From assembly GCF_009914755.1 (NCBI RefSeq), contig NC_060947.1: a stretch of DNA of 64,000 bases; one strand, written 5' to 3'. Shown here in pieces: positions 11,444 to 23,414 of this stretch (position 1 is its first letter; each line of letters opens with the position of its first letter). The position numbers and the translations under genes were made by a program. The notes below the pieces were generated by a model. The model saw only the letters and a program-made list of their open reading frames with translations, searched no databases and was not told the DNA's origin. Origin of the DNA: the human T2T-CHM13v2.0 reference genome, Homo sapiens.

Positions 11444-12661
11444 CTGTGAGGACAGAGGTTTCTTAATGAATTAAAATTCTCCCTCAAAAACAAAAGTAAA
11501 AGCATGAATGAAACTAAGTAGAATTCCTCTCTCTTATTTTGACAGTCTCAGTTAGGAGTACATCAATGTTTAATTCTATGCACAATTAAAATGGTTCCAA
11601 TAAACTCTAAAAGGTTAAATAAAACAGAGGCAATGACATTATCCTCTCAACTTGCACAGAGGTGGGACTAAGAGTGGAGTGTGCCTACTGAAGATGTGGC
11701 AGATTCTCCAGGAGGCCAAATGGCTTTAGGGAACCATCTGCAGAGAAAGTAAGGGATGTCAACCCTAAAAACGTAACAGTATTCCTAATTTGGTTTACGT
11801 TCCCCACTGATACAGTTTTAGGGGAACTAAATAACCACTGTAACCACTAATGTAGTAATGATCACTTTTCAAAGAGCTTCAAAGCTATTTAAATAATTCT
11901 GCCTTAGAAACAGTCCCACAAATAAGAATATAATTTCCATTTGTGAGACAGAAAAATTAAGGCAGAGAGACTAAGCCATTTTTCCGCAGTCAAAGAGAAG
12001 AACCAAATGAAGGATTTCCTAAAAAATAATTTTGGGTTAGAAGTAACACACCCACAGCCAAACTTAACTATCCATATATAAAGCCATGTATTTAACTAGT
12101 AGACAAAATAAATGTATTGAATTTGTTTTTGCCATATGAGTAACCAGCAGGTCAAAAAAATACTCATTGTCAATATCCTTAATCCTTAATCCAATAATCT
12201 GTAAACAGATTACAACCTTAGACTTAGGAAAAAACTCTCATGATCACCTAATCCCAATTTTCCAAGAAATGTGTATACATGGAGCATGGATATTAATTAT
12301 TAATAGTACCTTAAAAATATAGGAAACAAATCATTTAATTTATTTCACTTAGCCACAGTACTTACACTTGAAAACAAGACAGATATGAAAAACTCTCACA
12401 TGACAAAAATAACAGGAAAAAACAGAATTTAAAAAAAAACACAGGAAAATGGGCATTTTAGGGCATTATGACATTTTTATATGTATTTCACACAAGCCTG
12501 CTTTTTGAACAAAGTACTTACATGTCAAAATTGCATCTTCATATTTTAGCCACCAATTATAACAAGGGACAAAACAAGCATAAGGGAAAGCTTCATTCAT
12601 CAAAGGTTACAGTACAGCATTATGATGTCACTGTAAGCCAAAGATATTGTACTACCCTTAC

Positions 12662-12682
12662 CTTTAAGATATAAGACATCCT
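12662..12682 (-). CDS. ARHGEF6: ARHGEF6 exon 17, 21-nt microexon: RMSYILK
   Basis: ttttag|AGGATGTCTTATATCTTAAAG|gtaagg; phase 0-0; fills the gap between ...GYKE and ESSK... Confidence 0.93.
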
Positions 12683-14260
12683 CTAAAATGAATATGTAAA
12701 GAAAGAGAAGATGAGCGTGAGAGGTCGATGGTTATAATGACCAAATCCACTTATCAATAATTCTAAAACAACATTTGAAATGTTAGTGTTATCATAAATT
12801 ACACAGAGGGAATATAATCACATTTCCCACATTAGTTTCAGATGCAATATTATCATGCAAAAGCCCGAGGAATACAGTTCTGTGCAGAATAACAAATGCT
12901 GAAAACAACTGAAATACATACTATCTAGTAGGAATATATTAATAACTCTCTTCCCCCAGCAGAAACAAAGTGATCATGCCTTAGTTTTAATAGATTAGTT
13001 TTGTGAAGGATTAAGTCAACTTTACTCTTCAAAGCTCACCCTTAATTTGAACTTAGTAACTGATAATTACAAAATATCCATCATTAAAAAGGGGGCCTAG
13101 GTAACTATCAAGTGGCACTCCTGGTTTACATAATCAAAGAAGAAAATTGGATGATTGCAAGAATTGCACGTAAATTTCCAAAGCAAATCTGTGGGACTGC
13201 TTCCTGACCAAATTCTAAATAGAGTTATATAACAAAGATTCAGTTCGAGGGTTGTTTGTCCTATCATGTCAAGTTGAAAGGATCAAAAAATCCTCCAGTG
13301 TCCAAATATTGTCCTATTTTTACTGCACTTAGAGTTGGTAGCAACAATTAATCGAAACAAAAGCATGGTGGTTTCAATCAAAACACTCAAAATTGAGCTA
13401 AGTCTGCATCACTCATCAAAACACACGTTTGATATAGAAATATAAGCCACCTTTGCCCCATAATTCTAAGACTCATCTCATAACTGTCACAAACTTAATC
13501 TTCACTCAACAAGACCAATTTAAAGAACAGTTACTAATAAATGAGCATCATTTCTGAAATCTGAAATGATTTGAGACAGGTTAGGGATAAAGCCACTGTT
13601 TGGATGGAAAAGTAATACTCCACACAGTTACAGAAGCTAGTGAGTGACACTTCCTGACTGCAACTTTGAGAGAAAAAAAAAATACACAAAACCTTTAAAT
13701 CCCCACACTACCCAAATATCAAATGGCCTTTAAGGTTGTCTCTGAGAAGCCTCTTTTTAAAAGACACTGCTTTCATCAAATTCTTTTCTCATTCCAATTG
13801 CAGCAAATATCACTTTTATAGTTTGGACTCATAGCTTGGTCCCATAACACTTTACTAATTTGGTTCAAATTGATCAAAATGATCCCAAATGCTGAATTAA
13901 GTCTGCTTCATTGGCAACTCAACTACAATGAAGTGGCTCTTGTTTGAGATTTGTGTACATTATTAACAAATCTAAAGGATTATCATAATAATCATTAAGG
14001 TAAACCAGAGGCACTTCAGGAGGAGACTGGGAACACTCAGGCAGTGCACATAGATCCTGTAGATATTCAGTACATATTTGCAGATGGACAATGGGAAATG
14101 GAAAATTAAGAAATCAAACAAATCACTGAGTCTGGCAATTCAAGACTGACTCACATAATACCATCTATCTTAAATTCTAGCACATTCCCACAGAACTATT
14201 TGTAATAAGCTACGAAATTAACTTGTCAGAAGCATTTTATACCATAGGTAGCAAAATTAC

Positions 14261-14386
14261 CTCTTTATAACCTAGTGCTGCTGATGGTCTAAGTGGAGGT
14301 GCAGGTCGTAGACAACTTAAACTCCACGGTTTTATAATTTGAGGAGGCTCCAAGGGTCCTCGGGGCTGTCCGGTAGAGCTAAAAGA
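14261..14386 (-). CDS. ARHGEF6: ARHGEF6 exon 16: [42 protein letters not shown]
   Basis: 126 nt, AG at 14387-14388, GT at 14259-14260; PIX-family [20 protein letters not shown] motif. Confidence 0.96.
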
Positions 14387-15456
14387 CTGGGAAAATGTCT
14401 GATGAGATGTTGGCAATCTGCCATCTGAACCCGACCTTGTGCCACACAGTGAGAGAACAACAATAGCTTCATTGGATTAGCAAAGACAGCCATAGAAAGG
14501 GATAGATGGAAAAACAAAAGTCTCTAGTTTGAGAACTGGTTCTTTCCAGTCCAGATTATCGGGTCTCTAAGAAACAGCACAAAATTGACTCAACATTCCA
14601 TGATCCTGTCCTCTCTTTCTCATCTGGAATTTAATTAATTTAATTTTCTTTCCTCTGTAAGGAAGGAAAATGGAGTAGCAGTCAACATTTGAGTTCAGTG
14701 ATATGTTTGGCACTCTAGTAGGTGCTTAAATAGGTTATTTCATGAGAACAGCCTAAGACATAGACTCAGTCAAGGGAAGCAACTAACTAGTAATTGGCAA
14801 AGCCAAGATTTGAACCCAGATCTGAAGCCAAAGTCCATATTCTTCCAACCACAACACACAGTCCTCAAAACTGGAATTTTGGCATCATAGGTTTGTATGT
14901 TAACAAACAACACAGCATATCTTCCATCTCACTCAGCAAGTACAGTAAAATCTCATCAATTCAAATTCCAATGTCTAAATTTGTGATAACTCAGAAGGAG
15001 ATAATGCTAAAAGTTTACCTTTGAAGAAGGTTACTGAGCAAATGTGAGAGCATGAGTGAGATGACATGGAGATGTTTAAGTACTTAGGGAGGTAAACTAT
15101 TTGTTTCGACTTAGCCCACTGTTAGTAGGAGAATAACCATTGCTCATGGAAATAAGCCTTGCTTATCATTAAAATATTTTAGCAGGACTTCTGGTTAGAA
15201 ATACTTTGCTAGCAGTTAGTTGGGGTATCTGAATACTGTCAAACAGAACTGCACACTCTAAGTAAACCTTTTCATTAATTTGGATGGGCCTCATAATGAG
15301 AAATCAGAATGAGTGAGGTTTAACTGTACTTCAAAATCTACAAATATAGGCTGCCCAAAAGACTAAGGGTGTGCTCGCTGCTTCTTGTAAGTCTCCAGCA
15401 GGCAGGAGTTGACGAAAGACTCAATAATCTCTGGACAGAACACATGGACTACTTAC

Positions 15457-15602
15457 AGAATGAGCACTACATGATGACGATGAGGTTTTGGATAATGAAC
15501 TGCAAGAGGCAGGTCCTCTGATCAGTCTGTTCAGCTGCTCCAACCATTCCTGGAAGTCCTGGTTGTTGTTACAATGGACCACAATTCTCTCCACTGTGTT
15601 AC
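15457..15602 (-). CDS. ARHGEF6: ARHGEF6 exon 15: (G)NTVERIVVHCNNNQDFQEWLEQLNRLIRGPASCSSLSKTSSSSCSAHS (PH end)
   Basis: 146 nt, AG at 15603-15604, GT at 15455-15456. Confidence 0.97.
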
Positions 15603-16615
15603 CTACATCCCCCAATTATGATCAGTTTGAAAACAAAAGGCAAGGAAAAACTTGAGCTTGTCCCATTCATAAATAGACTTCATACAACTAGGACTTGGGT
15701 GTGTATTTTCAGGGGTTTTCATACCTATGGGATAACCCTGCTGAAATTTCTATATCAGAAACAGATAACCTGTGATTACAAAGTAAATAAATATTCATGT
15801 CTGATTTAGAAAACTGTCCTTGATTTTTACTGCTTACAGAAGCTTAAAAGTAGTGTAAAACTTCACCATAAACAAACTTGCAATCCAAAAACATAAGCAC
15901 ATAGTCCATCTAGTTAAGTCTAAAGTGGGAATATTGTCCTGGTTCCCCTGGTATCAAAGTTGGAACAAGATCCAACTAAGACTATTTACAACCTTTTGGC
16001 AAACACCAAACCTTAAGCTCCTTCTTGGGAAAGAAGAGGGTAAGGCCATGATCCCAGTCTTAGCCACTGTGCCATATCAGCACCAACAGTCAGGCCACTA
16101 CATATAAATGACACAGACCTGGCAAAAGGGATCATAAGCTAAAATGTCAGGGGGCATTACTGAAGCCTGGCATTATGCTCAATTTGTGAAGAAAATTTGA
16201 TGGCTTTTCAGAACTTTTTAGAAATACAACCAAATCTTACTAACTCATGGGCTGATGATAAAATTGCTGATAAAAGTCCATATCTTTGGCTCCTCTGCCA
16301 CCAGGGAACAAATGACAGAGGGGAAGAAAATTGCGTTTACATCAGTCCATTTCGTTATTCCTTAGCTCTCACAAGTAGCTCTCATGCAACAGAAAATTGA
16401 AACTAATGGCAAAGCCATGGCTTTTGAATGAGAGGAGACTTCTCTGTGCTATTGCTGTACCCTAATTATCCCAGGAAATGGAATATACTTTGCCATGCCC
16501 GCATAAAATTTGCTCGTGGCCTATGTAACAGGAAATAATGGCATTTATTTATTAAATTCCCCTTCATTCCAAAAAGAATTGGAAGTAGTTACATGAAAAA
16601 GAGAAAATTACCTAC

Positions 16616-16694
16616 CAGTGATTTCAAATGTGCAGTCATTCCCTTCAATTTCATCTAATCTAGTCACCACCGTTCCTGCTATTGGTATTTTTCC
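16616..16694 (-). CDS. ARHGEF6: ARHGEF6 exon 14: GKIPIAGTVVTRLDEIEGNDCTFEIT(G) (PH)
   Basis: 79 nt, AG at 16695-16696, GT at 16614-16615. Confidence 0.97.
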
Positions 16695-17483
16695 CTATTA
16701 GAAAAAGAACATTCTCATTAATTCTGCAGTTATACAGGTCTCTGTTTATTTCACTTAGATTTTCTGACCCTCTCAGCAAGGCAAAACTATGGCTAGACGT
16801 ATTTCTCCAGTCTGTCAATAGATAATATGTTTCCCTGCTCTAAATTTTAATCAGACTAAGAAAGCAAGGGGAAAATGTGGATTGTGTTTGGCTAACACAC
16901 CCTAAACTATAAGATCAGGATTTACAAAGCAGTTTACTTTTCTAACACATTTTCATAAGAATCAGTAAAAAAAAGTGAAGGCTCAGATGTTATGAAAATT
17001 ATTAATTGCCAGGCCAAGATGGAACAGGCAATAGTAACTTATAATACTCTATATGTTGGGAGCTGACTGAGGGACATTTAATTTCCTAAGGAGTTTAATA
17101 ACATGCTTCTTAGAAGCCTGAATCATGTGCTGTGACTATAATAAGACAAACATAGGAGCAGGTCCCAGCTTTATGTTTTCTCAGCAATAATGACATGGGC
17201 CTGTACAATACTGCTGCTAATTTATCTAGTTTCCATTTATGCATGCAAAACCTAGTGCATAACTAAAGCGGTGGATATATTCAAGATAAACTCATTATAC
17301 TAATACAAAGGTCTTTGATCTAAGGAACATCTGCTCTTACAAGCTCTTTAATTACAATGAAGGGTCAGAACATTCTGGTTCTCCTGGCTTGAGCTTTTAA
17401 TGCCATAGTGGAGATATTGCATCTGGATGGAAACCTGTTTTCGTTAGGGGGTCTGCTATGTGTTTTATATGAAATTTACTAAC

Positions 17484-17570
17484 CTGATAGATAAAGCCAC
17501 TCATCCGAGGACTTGCAGATAACATTATCAGGACATTTGAAAATAACATAAGGTACCGCTCCTCTTTTTC
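17484..17570 (-). CDS. ARHGEF6: ARHGEF6 exon 13: [29 protein letters not shown] (PH)
   Basis: 87 nt, AG at 17571-17572, GT at 17482-17483. Confidence 0.97.
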
Positions 17571-18065
17571 CTGAGAGGGAATGAAAATAATACATGAAGA
17601 ACAGAATTGGACACTTTATCTGTTGAGAATTTCTGGAATCACTGCCTTATAACATAGACCTTATATAAACAACTGAAACATTAACGGTAATTTTTTTTTT
17701 AAAAAAGATACCCAACTTGAAAACACAAAACTAGTTGAATTTTACTTTGACATGGACATAAACCCACAGTTTATCTCTCTTCTTCTTATACATAACAATT
17801 AAATACAAATAACCATGCTTGCTTTCCATGTATGAAAGCCTGAGAAGTCACCACAGTTTATGCAGCCAGTGAGATGTGCTAGACCTGGGCACAAAATAAG
17901 TCTCCAGGTTCACAAAATGAAAATATATTTTACTTTGAAAAAATGGCAAGATGAAGGGGTTTTCAGGTGATAAGAGATTTAGTATGCTCTAACATGTTTG
18001 TTAAAGTCGTATTCATAAAATTAGCTTTGGTCATTAAGAACAAGATAATTATTGGATTTATGTAA

Positions 18066-18417
<352 letters not shown>

Positions 18418-18479
18418 TAGTATACGCAAAAATTACGTTTGCCTTCCATGCCCAGCCATCTTAGCTACAATTATCCTTA

Positions 18480-20180
18480 TGCCTGTCTCCATCTCCTTCC
18501 TTCCATTTGAGAAGAGCAACCCTTCCAGGCTAACTATTCTAACAAGTGCTCCACATTCTCTCACATCTTTGTTTCACTTAGTTTTCCTCTACAGACACCT
18601 CTTCTTCTCCCAGCATCCTCTTCTCTTTTACTAGCTGTTCCTCTTTTTCTTTAACATATGTACACCTCCTATCCTAACAGACCTTGGCTTGCCCCCATGT
18701 GGCCCTTTATGCATAATATCCCATTTCTTGACATTTTATTGGCAAATTACTTGCTGCCTTCATTTTCTCTGCATTGATCCATCCCTAACTGCACCCCCAT
18801 TGCTCTTGGAAAGTCATCAGTAACTGCCTTCTAGCAAAATCCAATGGCTTCCTCTTGGTCTTCACATTCCTTGCCCTCTGAACCTTCAGCAGCAGTCAGC
18901 ACACTGGCCATTTTCAAATGCTCCTCGTGGAATTTCCATGACACCATGCTCCCCCAGTTCTTCTCTACCTTCCTCTTTGTCTTTTTATTTTTTCTGGCAC
19001 TGATTCCTCCTGCCTTCACCCAAGGGGTTTATCCCAAAGGTGTGAATGACTAATAGTTAGACTCACTGCAGTAACCTTCCCTGGGGTATTTGCATTTTAA
19101 ATGAGATTGCTTATTAACCCAAAGTAATGAATCTCCGCCAAAGACGTGTCAGAGAGCGTAGGAAGATGTTTTGGGAGAAGGAAGACAATTCTAACACCCG
19201 ATACATCAAACCAGGTGCCATAATCAACCTTTCTCCCTTTCCCTGGCTCCTTCCTAAAAGAAATAATCCATCTTCAGCTCCCCCCACCCCCCGGGCTTCT
19301 CTCTGGATATTTACTTCCTAGGAAGGCACATCTGTTAGGGACATCTAAGTCTCTGCCTCTAACTCTGACCTCTCACTCACATTTCCATACTACATTAACA
19401 GCTGCCTATGGGACATCTCCACCCAGATATCTACAGGTCTAAAATTATATTCTTCATCTCCTCTAACCCAGGGGCACCACTTCCTGTTGGCTTTCCCTTC
19501 TAAAGATGCCTCCAATTTGCTCCTTCTGCTCCATTCCCAGTGTTACCACCGTCTTAGGGGACTCCTTCTCACTTTCCATCCCAGCTGGCCTTTCTGCTTC
19601 TCGTCCATTCCCTCCAGTTCATTTGACATATATAGGTCGCAGATTAGTGTGAAACATCCCTTTCGGAGTGTTGTTCTATGACTGTGGACTCTTTCATTAT
19701 TTCCCATGGCCTGTTGCATCCATCTGAACTACTCTTGCCTGATGTCAAGCTTCTGCATAGTCTAATTCTACCTGACTCAATCAATCTTTTACTAGGGCCA
19801 AGTTGCTTCTTTTGCTCCCTACAGGCTGGTTTCCTTACTGTGCTGCAGCAAACCAAAGCCACATTTCTGTTCTCTCCTAAGATAACAATGACCTCTGCCT
19901 TGCGAAATCCTCCCCTTTTGTTTTTGTGCCCCCTCCTCAAGTCCTGTCTCCGTAAGGTCTTCTTGATCTCTCCCTCCTGTGAACTTCTATGGACTCTTGT
20001 TGAGATTGCAAAATCGAACATTGACTATTTGGTTTGTCAGCTAGTTGCAACTTGTGTTTTAGTCTGTTTTTAATGAGTTCTTTGAAAACAGGGATCATTG
20101 CTTGTTCTTTTCTCCTATCTCCCACAGCACCTAGCAGAATGTTCAACAAAGAACAGGTGCTCAGCTTCTGATTTGAATGT
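18480..20180. mobile_element. Degraded L2 element
   Basis: L2-like motifs (TCCAATGGCTTCCTCTTGGTC...CCTTCAGCAGCA; CCCACAGCACCTAGCAGAATG 3' end). Confidence 0.65.
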
Positions 20181-20220
20181 TGTAGCATTTGACTTTGATG
20201 GAAGAACAAGGAAGAAAAAC

Positions 20221-20348
20221 TACTTAAGAGGCTCAGGCAGGAGGATTGCTTGAACCCAGGAGGCAGAGGTTGCAGTGAGCCAAGATGGCACCACTGCACT
20301 CCAGCCTGAGTGACAGAACAAGACTCCGTCAAAAAAAAAAAAAAAAAA
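20221..20348 (+). mobile_element. Alu 3' fragment with poly(A)
   Basis: GGCAGGAGGATTGCTTGAACCCAGGAGGCAGAGGTTGCAGTGAGC...A18. Confidence 0.9.
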
Positions 20349-20402
20349 GGAAGAAAAATACGAAAGATGGAAGAAATAATGTTGAGATTTGAAATACCTT
20401 AC

Positions 20403-20549
20403 CTCACATGCTCCATACTGCACCATTACTTGTGACATAAAAATCACATTTCCCAAGTTTTTAATATCTTCTCCTTCCCATGCCTGAATAGGTTCGGACA
20501 GTATCTGTAACTCCAGCTGTTTTCTCTTCCTCAGATCTTGACATTGCCC
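20403..20549 (-). CDS. ARHGEF6: ARHGEF6 exon 12: [49 protein letters not shown] (DH/PH junction)
   Basis: 147 nt, AG at 20550-20551, GT at 20401-20402. Confidence 0.97.
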
Positions 20550-21294
20550 CTACAGAACCAAAGCAGAACATAATGGAATAGGAATTCTTATGAAATAGAC
20601 TAAAATAAGACCAAAGTAAGATGTGGCTTCTGACTCTTTGGTTCCCACTGAGTCCCTATTCCTCATCATGAATCCCATGACCCAGGCCTGTTCTTGATAG
20701 ACAGAAAGATCCACTACCCTAAATCTCTAGGCTTGAGCCCCCAAAGGTTTTGTGAGGAAGGCCTATTTTTCATTTTGCCAAAGCATCAAAACATAATGCT
20801 AGAAAGAGCTTATTTCTCCCTCCCTGTAAAGAATATGGGAAAGCAAGCAGCCAAATCACACTGACCAGAGCCAGGTGAGGACCTGGTAGATTCAGATCTA
20901 CTGGTTGGTGCCCCTGCTTTAGCTCCTCTTACCTTGTCTATCTTTGCATAAATAGGGCTTTAGTGACAAAATAATTGTATTTCTAACATATGCTCAATTT
21001 TCAACAAGGTAACATCTTGAAAATAATAAAAAACAAAAAATTTCTCCTGGAGTTATAGTGAAAGAGAAAATTAAATTCTTTATGCCACAGTGAATCAAAC
21101 TTATAATGAAACCTAGGCACTGCTGTACTTTGTTTAAGGACCAAGATTGCTGTGAAAAAAATACTAAATTAGTTTTTATTCCTAAAAGGATTGGAAAAAA
21201 GAGATACAACTGAATTTCATGATGACATACTGAAATTTCAAACCAAGAAAAAATTACAGTTTGCCAACACTATGTGGGGTATGAATACTCTTTC

Positions 21295-21312
21295 TATATA
21301 TATGTGTGTGTA

Positions 21313-21356
<44 letters not shown>

Positions 21357-21423
21357 TATATATATATACACACATATATATATACACATGTGTATATATA
21401 TATACACATATATATATATACAC

Positions 21424-21458
<35 letters not shown>

Positions 21459-21459
21459 T
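21295..21459. repeat. (TA)n/(TG)n/(CA)n compound microsatellite, ~165 bp
   Basis: Uninterrupted purine-pyrimidine alternation. Confidence 0.95.
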
Positions 21460-22653
21460 CTCACTGCTTAAGAAACTGTGAGGTTATCTTAGAGTAATTT
21501 AACAGCATGCCTTCCAAATTGAATACAAAAATAAGCACATGGTTAGTTCTGTTACTGTTTCCAAATGAATGTAAGATAATATTTTGGGGTTATATTTTCT
21601 ATAAAATCTCTGCTGTCCCTTTCAGCTACATGGAAACTCAAAGAAATAAATTCACTGTACACATATTTTAAGAGCACCTATAGTAGGAATAAATATACTA
21701 AACCATCAAGGCAAGTTATATAATATAATCAGAAAGAAATACAGGTTTTTAAAAAGACTCATTTTACATTCCTATTTATACAAGAAAAAATAGAAGAACC
21801 ATAATTATAATAAATGCTGTGGGTTTCACTGGGCTGTTCTATTAGCTTGCGCCATGTAAAACTGCCAATATTGGACTGTTTTTGGCATATAACAATGGCA
21901 ATTTTAATCTAATACTTACTCTGGTCTTCAACTTACTGTTCAACTACAGACACGTCAATTACTGATCTTTCAACAAGGATTAATAATTAAACATTAGTCC
22001 AAATCACTTATAATGCTACAGAATTGTGTGAAATGAAGCTAAGTTTAATCAATTGCCCAAAATGAAGTTTTCTTTCCTCCTAAAATGGCACCAAGTGGTT
22101 TTATATCAGTGGGTTCAAGAAGATACATTAACCATCATACTGAAGATACAAGATCACGTGTACCTTTGATAGCAACCTATATAAAGCACTTGCATTTTAG
22201 TTCTTTAGGTTTTTTCCCCCCTTTTAGATTTGATGAAGGATTTCTTCTTCATATGCAAAGAAAAAACTCATACCCTTTGGCATAACTAGTTGAATCCAGT
22301 ATTGATGCAAATCAGTGAATGATGAGTTACACAGACTCGTCATTAGGTGAGCAATGGGGGTAAAGACAAAGAGACAAAAGGAAACCCCCCACCTACACAC
22401 CAATGCTTAATGTGGCTTAATGTGGCTGAGACTGTAAATGTGATTGCTTTATACCCTCAGCCTGGCAACCTTTCTTTAGGTAAGCATGATTTTTGGAGGA
22501 CAAAATTAAGTGAAACAATCACTGCTATACTGTCATGAAAGCTTATTTCCATTCTAAAGACCTTTGTATAGGGAAAGAAATGTTACACACAAATCGCTCT
22601 TTCAGGAATAAAGTATACAAAATGGAGAATTGTGATTTTAAAGCATCACCTAC

Positions 22654-22713
22654 CATGAGAGTTTTGAATGCTACGATTGCTTTCAGAATATCCTGATGAT
22701 CTGGATGAGTATC
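22654..22713 (-). CDS. ARHGEF6: ARHGEF6 exon 11: DTHPDHQDILKAIVAFKTLM (DH)
   Basis: 60 nt, AG at 22714-22715, GT at 22652-22653. Confidence 0.97.
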
Positions 22714-22744
22714 CTATCAAAGGAATACATTTGAAAACAATGTT

Positions 22745-22952
22745 AGAGGAGAGAGGATCAGCAGTTGCCAAGGGTTAGGGGTAGAAAGAGAGTATGGCCA
22801 CAAAGATAGCAAGAGAATTTTGGGGGATGATGGAACTGTTCTGTATTTTAATTGTGGTCATGGTAACATGAATCTATACCTGTGTGAAAACTCATAGAAC
22901 TGTGCACCAGAAGAAAAACGTTAATTTTACTCTATACTAAAGATTAAAAAAT
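22745..22952 (+). mobile_element. Old L1 (L1MC-like) 3' end
   Basis: CAGTTGCCAAGGGTTAGGGG...GGGGGATGATGGAACTGTTCTGTAT...AAAACTCATAGAACTGTGCACC. Confidence 0.7.
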
Positions 22953-23233
22953 AGAGCAGCATGGGAGCATTTGGAATCTCAGTGACTCTAATTATTAGGT
23001 GATTAAGAAATTAAGAGAGTTGGTAATGCATCATATATTTAGTAACAATGTAGTAAAAGGCAAGAGTTCCCACTTCCCTTTTTGCTATTATACTTTGGAT
23101 AATGATTATTTAATAATAAATATAATAATTAAATAATTATTCGGGGTACATCATTAGGTCATGTTGTTGGTAGATGACAGGAGGTAGGGAATGGTGGAAA
23201 CAAGAGTCGTGGTTAGAGAAAAATCAATCTATC

Positions 23234-23414
23234 AGCCGGGCATGGTGGTGCATGCCTATAGTCCCAGCTACTTGGGAGGCTGAGCTGAGAGGATCAGCTG
23301 AGCCCAGAGGTCGAGACTGTGATGAGCTGTGATTGTGCCACTATACTCCAGCCTGGGTGATAGAGTGAGACCCTGTCTCAAAACAAACAAACAAACAAAC
23401 AACAACAACAAAAA
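23234..23414 (+). mobile_element. Alu monomer (FRAM-like), TSD AGAGAAAAATCAATCTA
   Basis: Right-arm Alu with (CAAA)n tail flanked by a 17-bp direct repeat. Confidence 0.88.

Noticed and set aside
16610-16615. Tandem donor GTAG|GT at exon 14 (similar at exons 11 and 19)
   Set aside because: Common feature of 5' splice consensus; +4 use would frameshift and there is no evidence for it in the sequence
19644-20332. Overlapping 125-131 aa ORFs
   Set aside because: Lie in degraded L2 and an Alu fragment; no recognisable domain
21191-21497. YI/VY-rich ORFs on both strands
   Set aside because: Translation of a (TA)n microsatellite
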